Assembly: GCA_029856145.1 (NCBI GenBank)
Contig: JAHQWK010000019.1
Coordinates: 82,271 to 146,270 of the forward strand
DNA length: 64,000 nucleotides
Direction: 5' to 3'
Origin: Promethearchaeia archaeon
GTDB lineage: Archaea; Asgardarchaeota; Lokiarchaeia; Sigyniarchaeales; SOKP01
Positions 58,500 through 64,000 of this stretch are shown piece by piece. A model generated the notes under the pieces. The model was not told the DNA's origin. It did not search any database and was given only the letters and a program-made list of their open reading frames with translations. The translations under genes were made by a program, and so were the position numbers. The first letter of the stretch is position 1. Every line of letters starts with the position of its first letter.

Positions 58500-59903
58500 T
58501 TATAACTTCTTCTCTTGGATTCTCAATAATATAATTGCTATTACTACTATAGATAATGCTACAACAATCTGAATGATACCAATATACGGAATATGTTCTG
58601 CGAAAATATCACCTAAAGCCAGTGAAATTACTAAAGTAGCTAATTCGAATAGGGCTAAGTAATTAAGTATCGCTAGAAATTTATTCTCTATTGCTGAAGA
58701 TTTAGTATTGAGTGTATTTCTCTGTCTATTTAGAGTCTTTCTAATCCTCGCAATAACATCATCAGTAGCTTTTGAGAAAGTAAATCCATCTAATTTATCG
58801 ATTTGCTCATTAAACATGCTTGTCTTGAAGGTACTAGTAAACAATAGTCTGGTGATTTTTGATATTATTATATCTTTATTTAATTCGAGAATAATTCTAT
58901 TTAATTCTGTCTCCAATTCTTCAAGCCTATCAATTTTCTCCTTTAATGTTAAATCTTCTTCCATTGCCCGAGTTTCTGAGATAACTCTATCAAATTTTTC
59001 AGCAACAACTAAAATATTTTCCATGTGCATTAATATAAGAAATCTTTGTACGTTTCCAACTTCAGGAGCAAATAAAGTGTCAATGAACAAATTTTTCATA
59101 GAATCAGGATCCAATAAACCTGGACCTGGGATTACTACATTTCCAGCATGAGTTATCATTACGAATTCATCTTTATAGGGACTTAGGTTTTTGAGATTAA
59201 TTTGATCTCTATATGCTATTGGGTCCAATTCACGATATTTATCCGTTCTTAAAGTGAGACCAATCGAATAATGAGCATTTTTTCCTATTTCATTTCCAAT
59301 AAAGCGATAATCAGCCCTATTAAAATCAGGTTTAGCATCCCATATTATCCATGTATGATGCCAAGGTTCCAATACAGACTCCAATTTCGGCTTATCGGGA
59401 AAATCTCCTTTAGCAAGGAGATTGATTACATCGTCTCTTATTTCGATGAATTTTTCAGTAATGGGTCTATTAATACTTCCAAGAATGATATTTGCTGGTT
59501 GTGAAATCTCTATAAAATCTTCGATAGTATGATAATTATCGAATACTAATTCACAGTGAATCACAAGTACAGATCCATAGTGAATATGTCCCTCCAATCG
59601 AATCTTTCCTGTAATATTAGGATTAGAAGCGCAAGAAAATCTATCAGACTTTCCTATTTTAAAACATACTGGAGCATAGTTATGAGATTGACTTGAAATC
59701 CATTTCAACGGTTGGTGGCATTTTTGTCCTGTTATAGGATGGCTTAATTGGCAATGATATTTGTCGTATATTTTGTATGGACCTTCCTTTTGGAGGAATT
59801 CTCTCAGTTGAGTTTGCGTAAAGTATTCACCAACTTCGAAAAATTTCCAAAATACCAGAGTTACCTTAAATGTATATTCCTCTTCTGATGTCGAATATGT
59901 CAT
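58500..59903 (-). CDS. hypothetical protein with soluble Cys/His-rich N-domain, coiled coil and two C-terminal TM helices (CorA-like topology, no GMN motif)
   Basis: 467 aa. C-terminal FLAILNYLALFELATLVISLALG - DIFAEHIPY - IGIIQIVVALSIVVIAIILL - RIQEKKL. Confidence 0.5.
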   Translation of the reverse strand: MTYSTSEEEYTFKVTLVFWKFFEVGEYFTQTQLREFLQKEGPYKIYDKYHCQLSHPITGQKCHQPLKWISSQSHNYAPVCFKIGKSDRFSCASNPNITGKIRLEGHIHYGSVLVIHCELVFDNYHTIEDFIEISQPANIILGSINRPITEKFIEIRDDVINLLAKGDFPDKPKLESVLEPWHHTWIIWDAKPDFNRADYRFIGNEIGKNAHYSIGLTLRTDKYRELDPIAYRDQINLKNLSPYKDEFVMITHAGNVVIPGPGLLDPDSMKNLFIDTLFAPEVGNVQRFLILMHMENILVVAEKFDRVISETRAMEEDLTLKEKIDRLEELETELNRIILELNKDIIISKITRLLFTSTFKTSMFNEQIDKLDGFTFSKATDDVIARIRKTLNRQRNTLNTKSSAIENKFLAILNYLALFELATLVISLALGDIFAEHIPYIGIIQIVVALSIVVIAIILLRIQEKKL

Positions 59904-60033
59904 AAATGTCCCTTAAAAAGTTATATTATATACTAGTTTTTCAAAAATTTAAAATAATCTCATTTTATTTAAAACTAAAATCATTATTTCATTATAGAAA
60001 AACTTTGAACTAATTTTATCTATGGAGTAATAG

Positions 60034-60648
60034 ATGACCCAGAAATTAACTATTAATGTTGTAAATGCTAGTTTGGAAGATGCATCTGGAATTCATAATG
60101 CACTAAAGCAAAATCTAGTAGAAATAAGAGATATTGATGAAATTAAAAAAAAAGAAAGAAAAGAATTAGAAGATAAGGGCTTTCTACGTAAAGAAGTAGG
60201 AATAGAATATTATGAAAACCTAATTAAAGATTTTGATACTCAAATTTATATTGCCAAAGACAGTAGTGGAAATATCATTGGTTTTGCTAGCATTCATAGA
60301 AAAAAATATGATATAATAAAAGTACGGGATGTCATCGGTAATCTCTCTTTTGAAGATGATAGAACAAAAGAATTACTCCTTAATAAAGATACAGAATTCG
60401 CCTATTTAGACCAAATAAGCATATTGCCAGAGTTTAAACGTAAAGGAGTAGCTACTGCCATTTTTGAAAAAGCTTTAATAGAAGTAGATACCCCCATCGT
60501 TGCTTTTATTGTAGAAAAGCCTTTATTTAATAAAGCATCAATTTATTGGCATGAGAACAATGGATTTGAATTCTCTGCAATAAGTGATGGTGAATACAAA
60601 GGAAAAACATTTAAATTCCAGATCTTTGTACATTGGAATAAAAAATAA
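60034..60648 (+). CDS. GNAT-family N-acetyltransferase
   Basis: Acetyl-CoA motif QISILPEFKRKGVATAIFEKAL. Confidence 0.8.
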   Translation: MTQKLTINVVNASLEDASGIHNALKQNLVEIRDIDEIKKKERKELEDKGFLRKEVGIEYYENLIKDFDTQIYIAKDSSGNIIGFASIHRKKYDIIKVRDVIGNLSFEDDRTKELLLNKDTEFAYLDQISILPEFKRKGVATAIFEKALIEVDTPIVAFIVEKPLFNKASIYWHENNGFEFSAISDGEYKGKTFKFQIFVHWNKK

Positions 60649-60692
60649 AAAATTATAAATACAAAGCAAAAAAATAACTCAAATCTGTTACT

Positions 60693-61388
60693 TTATTCTG
60701 TTTCCTCAATTTCAGGCCTTTCTTTAAGGGATTCAATAATATTTATTATATCTTCAGCAAGTTCGTAGCGTTCATCTCGATGCTTCTCTCGATTTAATCT
60801 TTTTTCGATGCGTAAAGGTGATCCAATCTTTACTTTAATACCATCTCCTGTAAACATATTTAGAATCTTAGTCTTATGCGTAGAAATGGCAATTGGAATA
60901 ATTGGAGCATCTCCAGCAATTGCAAATTTTATAATTGCTGCCATCGATTTCACCTGTACTTCATGATCATGTCTTGATTCGGGGGTCATGCCTACGAGAT
61001 CGCCTTTTTCATTCAAAATCTCAAAAATCTTTTCGATTGGTTCGGTGTCTTCTTTGCTTTCAGTTCCCCGAATCATTCCAAGACTTTTTAAAACAGGACC
61101 AGCTATCTGATGTTTCATTAACTTTGGATCCAGCATGAAATGAATCTTTCGACCTGATACTTGAGCTATTATTAACATATCTCGGATTATATTTGGTGTG
61201 ATTGTAGTTAAAATAGCTTTTCCTCTCAAGGGAATATTTTCTTCCCCTTCAATTTTTAAATCCATAAAAGCCTTAAAAAATAAACCACTAAGTCCTTTTA
61301 CCGCAGCATATAAGGCATCAAAAGCTATTATTTTTGGATTTAATTTATCTCCTTCTTCCTTTATTTCCGGACTTGTACTTTCACTCAT
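60693..61388 (-). CDS. PlsC/LPLAT-like acyltransferase-fold protein with degenerate HxxxxD motif
   Basis: IEGEENIPLRGKAILTTITPNIIRDMLII occupies the position of the ...NHxSxxD... block. MTPESRH occupies the FPEGTR position. AGDAPIIPIAI matches the g.PivPv block. Confidence 0.5.
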   Translation of the reverse strand: MSESTSPEIKEEGDKLNPKIIAFDALYAAVKGLSGLFFKAFMDLKIEGEENIPLRGKAILTTITPNIIRDMLIIAQVSGRKIHFMLDPKLMKHQIAGPVLKSLGMIRGTESKEDTEPIEKIFEILNEKGDLVGMTPESRHDHEVQVKSMAAIIKFAIAGDAPIIPIAISTHKTKILNMFTGDGIKVKIGSPLRIEKRLNREKHRDERYELAEDIINIIESLKERPEIEETE

Positions 61389-61405
61389 TTTTTTATTACC
61401 TCTTA

Positions 61406-61600
61406 TTATAATTTATCTATAAAATCATTAACTTCTTCCATTCTTTTTTCATAATATTCTTTTAAATCTTTTTCTGAAACAAATGAGGGGATAACTTTTT
61501 CTGTATAAAGGTCAAAAATTGTACTTAACTTAATTTTATGTCTAACAGTTTCAAGGAACTCTTCTCCTAATTCCCTTAATTGTTTTAAAAATTCTGTCAT
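61406..61600 (-). CDS. small helical protein (hypothetical, 64 aa)
   Basis: The internal ATG 61600 (MTEFLKQLRELGEEF...) starts 5 nt after the activase stop. The longer ORF-track version, extending to 61753, overlaps the activase gene. Confidence 0.4.
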   Translation of the reverse strand: MTEFLKQLRELGEEFLETVRHKIKLSTIFDLYTEKVIPSFVSEKDLKEYYEKRMEEVNDFIDKL

Positions 61601-61604
61601 TTTA

Positions 61605-62666
61605 TTAGAAAACCTCCCATTTTCCGCATCTACTGCCCCAACGAGCAATAACCTTATTTTCATCCTGTGGCATTTTAACTTGAACAATAGTACAATTGTT
61701 AGGGCAATCCCCACAGAGGAATGCTGATGTTGTAAATTCGATGTCTCCAACATCTAATCCTCGAAATGACGTTTCTGTTGGATGTTCTAAGTAATAATCT
61801 CTAATTAAAATTGCCATCCCCAAAGCACCCATTAAAACATTATATTTTGGAACAATAATTTTTCGCACTAAGTGTCTTTCAAAGGCCTCAATTATACCCT
61901 TATTATAAGATACTCCCCCTTGAAAAACTATAGGTTCGTCAAGTTCTTTGCCTTTTGTTAGATTGTTCATATAGTTACGTACTAAACTATCACAAAGCCC
62001 GGCGACAATATCTTCTCTAGAGTACCCAGCATTTTGCTTATGAATCATATCAGATTCCGCAAACACGGTACATCTACCAGCAATGCTTACAGGATTAGTT
62101 GATTTTACAGCATAATCACCAAATTCTTCAATAGGTATTCCAAGTCTTGAAGCTTGATGGTCAAGAAAAGAACCTGTGCCTGCTGCGCAAACGGAGTTCA
62201 TCGCAAAATCAACAATGATGCCATCTCGAAGGATTATTATTTTTGAATCTTGTCCTCCAATCTCTAAGATTGTCCTAACATCAGGATATAAAGATTGGGT
62301 TGCTACTGCGTGAGCTATAATTTCCGTTTTAGCGAGATCTCCACCTACAATAGCCTTTGTTAGATACCTTGCTGAGCCTGTTGTACCACAACTACGAATG
62401 GTATATCCTAACAATTCTTCATTTTGTTCAATTTTGGACTTTAATTCCTCCATACCTGCTTTAGCAGATTCAATTGGAGATCCTCGGTTACGTAGAAAAA
62501 CGCTTGTAAGTACTTTTCCATCAATATCCATTAGTACAAATTTGCATGTAACCGAACCAATGTCAATTCCTAGGAAAGCATCCTGTTTTCCATCATTATT
62601 TATAATTTTATCTGAAACTTGGACCATGATATTCACTATTTCTATGTGTGTAATAATTGAGTACAT
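61605..62666 (-). CDS. BcrAD/BadFG/HgdC-type ATPase (CoA-substrate-specific enzyme activase)
   Basis: FLGIDIGSVTCKFVLMD, EIGGQDSKII, cluster Cys in NSVCAAGTGSFLD and GRCTVFAESD. An alternative start at ATG 62627 would remove the overlap with the upstream gene. Confidence 0.85.
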   Translation of the reverse strand: MYSIITHIEIVNIMVQVSDKIINNDGKQDAFLGIDIGSVTCKFVLMDIDGKVLTSVFLRNRGSPIESAKAGMEELKSKIEQNEELLGYTIRSCGTTGSARYLTKAIVGGDLAKTEIIAHAVATQSLYPDVRTILEIGGQDSKIIILRDGIIVDFAMNSVCAAGTGSFLDHQASRLGIPIEEFGDYAVKSTNPVSIAGRCTVFAESDMIHKQNAGYSREDIVAGLCDSLVRNYMNNLTKGKELDEPIVFQGGVSYNKGIIEAFERHLVRKIIVPKYNVLMGALGMAILIRDYYLEHPTETSFRGLDVGDIEFTTSAFLCGDCPNNCTIVQVKMPQDENKVIARWGSRCGKWEVF

Positions 62667-63829
62667 TCATTATAAAAATTATCTCCATAATGCGGATAAA
62701 TCTTTTTATTATCATTTGCTTGAAATTTAGCATTTTTCATAATTTCTTGCTTCCGTCTATCAGTGATCAAATCTACAAATGCTTCGATCCGGGTTCTAAA
62801 TCCACCTTCCGCATCTGCGTGCTCATCAAACGAAAAATAGATAATCGGTAAATCATAAATTTTCTTTAATTTATTAGTTATGATCGTTCGGGCTGTTACT
62901 TCTGGCATGCAGGTAAATGGATACTCATGGACAAATCCATCGAATCCCGCTTTTGCCTTATCTATGTATTCACCCAATACCCACACACATTCCCCTCCAA
63001 TATCCATTGGAAGGTATGGATGGGATAAGTGTTCCAACCATTTTCGATGATAATTCAAATGAAATTTATGAACAACCCAGTCATATAAGCTTAAAGATTG
63101 GTGGATTTCTACTCCCATCTCACCCAGTTTACGCCTTATATCAAGGTTTACATATGGTTCCAAACTTATATGAATCTCTCCAGATAACCCTACTCGTAAT
63201 GGACTTCGAGATTTATCAATGTCAAGATTATTGAAGTCTTCTTTTATTACTTTTTTAAAATTTCTAAGCTCTGAGAGCGTATTAGCTTCGTCAAGTTTAA
63301 GTAGCATATCATTAAAAATCCTAGTTGTATCTCCTTGATTTCGCTCGTATGCTCGAAAAACACCCTCAGCTGTTTGAATATCGTTTAAGAGTTTAGCCTT
63401 TTTTAAGAAAAAGATAACTGCTTTTACAAATTTTGAATAAATGAACAAATCTCTTCGACCACTTAAATCTTGGAGAGTTTTTACCCATTTAAATTCAAGT
63501 AAATCTGCTTGATCCAAAGGGATTACACTCACATTTTTGTATCCCATATCGTGTAAGAGCCTTTCCTGAACTGCGTGATAAAACCCGAAACGACAAGGAC
63601 CACAATCTATTGCCATTACGAGTGTGTCAGCTCCCTTCTTAATAGCGCTCACAAAATCTCCGAGAGTAGCTTTAAATGGGAAACAAACAAATTCTGGGCT
63701 ATATTTTACTCCAATTTTAATAGCCTCACGATTTGTTGGATCAGGAACGACCACATCTAAATCAAGGCTTGTAAAGAGTGTTTTAAAAGCGACCCAATTG
63801 GGGCCCATATTAGGGAAGGAAATTAACAT
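62642..63829 (-). CDS. DUF2229-type activase-associated protein
   Basis: FPNMGPNWVAFKTLFTSLDLDVVVPDPTNREAIKIGVKYSPEFVCFPFKATLGDF matches the domain usually fused or adjacent to BcrAD_BadFG activases. Confidence 0.7.
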   Translation of the reverse strand: MLISFPNMGPNWVAFKTLFTSLDLDVVVPDPTNREAIKIGVKYSPEFVCFPFKATLGDFVSAIKKGADTLVMAIDCGPCRFGFYHAVQERLLHDMGYKNVSVIPLDQADLLEFKWVKTLQDLSGRRDLFIYSKFVKAVIFFLKKAKLLNDIQTAEGVFRAYERNQGDTTRIFNDMLLKLDEANTLSELRNFKKVIKEDFNNLDIDKSRSPLRVGLSGEIHISLEPYVNLDIRRKLGEMGVEIHQSLSLYDWVVHKFHLNYHRKWLEHLSHPYLPMDIGGECVWVLGEYIDKAKAGFDGFVHEYPFTCMPEVTARTIITNKLKKIYDLPIIYFSFDEHADAEGGFRTRIEAFVDLITDRRKQEIMKNAKFQANDNKKIYPHYGDNFYNECTQLLHT

Positions 63830-64000
63830 TTTAATTCTAAGAAATTTTACCTAGTTAAGTATTTGATCAAAACTATGAAATCAAATAACTCACTCTAAAA
63901 TAAAAATTTACCGATTATAAACAGATTATCAATCGTATGATACTTTTAATAAAAATTTCAACAATATTTAATAATCTCCTCCAAAGAGATTTCACTAGAT

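Noticed and set aside
61406-61753. 115-aa version of the small ORF, overlapping the 3' end of the activase gene.
   Set aside because: The first 51 codons overlap the activase coding region in another frame. The internal ATG at 61600 starts right after the activase stop.
1-64000. Scanned intergenic regions for tRNA/rRNA genes, CRISPR repeats, transposase/integrase genes, terminal inverted repeats and in-frame TAG (pyrrolysine) or TGA (selenocysteine) read-through candidates.
   Set aside because: No GC-rich cloverleaf-like islands, repeat-spacer arrays or mobile-element genes were seen, and no split genes suggest recoding. This was a by-eye scan, so small or degenerate elements could have been missed.

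Overview
This is a very AT-rich, densely coding archaeal chromosome segment with about 65 genes. I found no rRNA, tRNA, CRISPR array, transposase or integrase. All family calls come from motifs read in the ORF translations; no searches were run.

Recognisable content:
- **DNA repair and chromatin:** a tight nurA-herA-mre11-rad50 double-strand-break repair operon preceded by a UvrD-type helicase, plus the chromatin proteins Alba and a DUF1931-like histone-fold protein.
- **Oxidative stress:** a heme catalase divergent from a Fur/PerR-family regulator, with a perfect 7-1-7 palindrome between them, and a tandem OsmC-like protein.
- **Metabolic block:** acyl-CoA synthetase, FGGY kinase, class-III aminotransferase, M29 aminopeptidase, and a corrinoid protein with a UroD-family methyltransferase. 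This block is much less AT-rich than its surroundings.
- **Signalling:** a PAS histidine kinase, an unusual response regulator, and a methyl-accepting chemotaxis protein.
- **Housekeeping enzymes:** signal peptidase, rhomboid, endonuclease III, Trm5/Taw2, a sirtuin, PCMT, ICMT, GNAT, CaCA and EamA transporters.

Several small proteins look like eukaryotic-signature folds, which suggests an Asgard (Lokiarchaeia-like) host:
- a single-domain gelsolin-like protein;
- a Ras-like protein with every GTPase motif degenerate;
- two longin/roadblock-like paralogs flanking a membrane protein;
- an SDS22-type LRR protein;
- a tubby/LOR-like protein.

Best candidates for something new:
- a solitary SIR2_2-TPR fusion, a candidate NADase conflict protein;
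- the pseudo-GTPase plus a recurring zinc-ribbon module;
- the longin-like / membrane / coiled-coil locus;
- a DUF2229-activase-small protein-degenerate PlsC-like operon;
- a 703-aa cytoplasmic multi-beta-sandwich protein;
- four loci where conserved coding sequence extends upstream of any ATG/GTG/TTG. At two of them the candidate start is an ATT the right distance from a strong Shine-Dalgarno; at a third it is a CTG.
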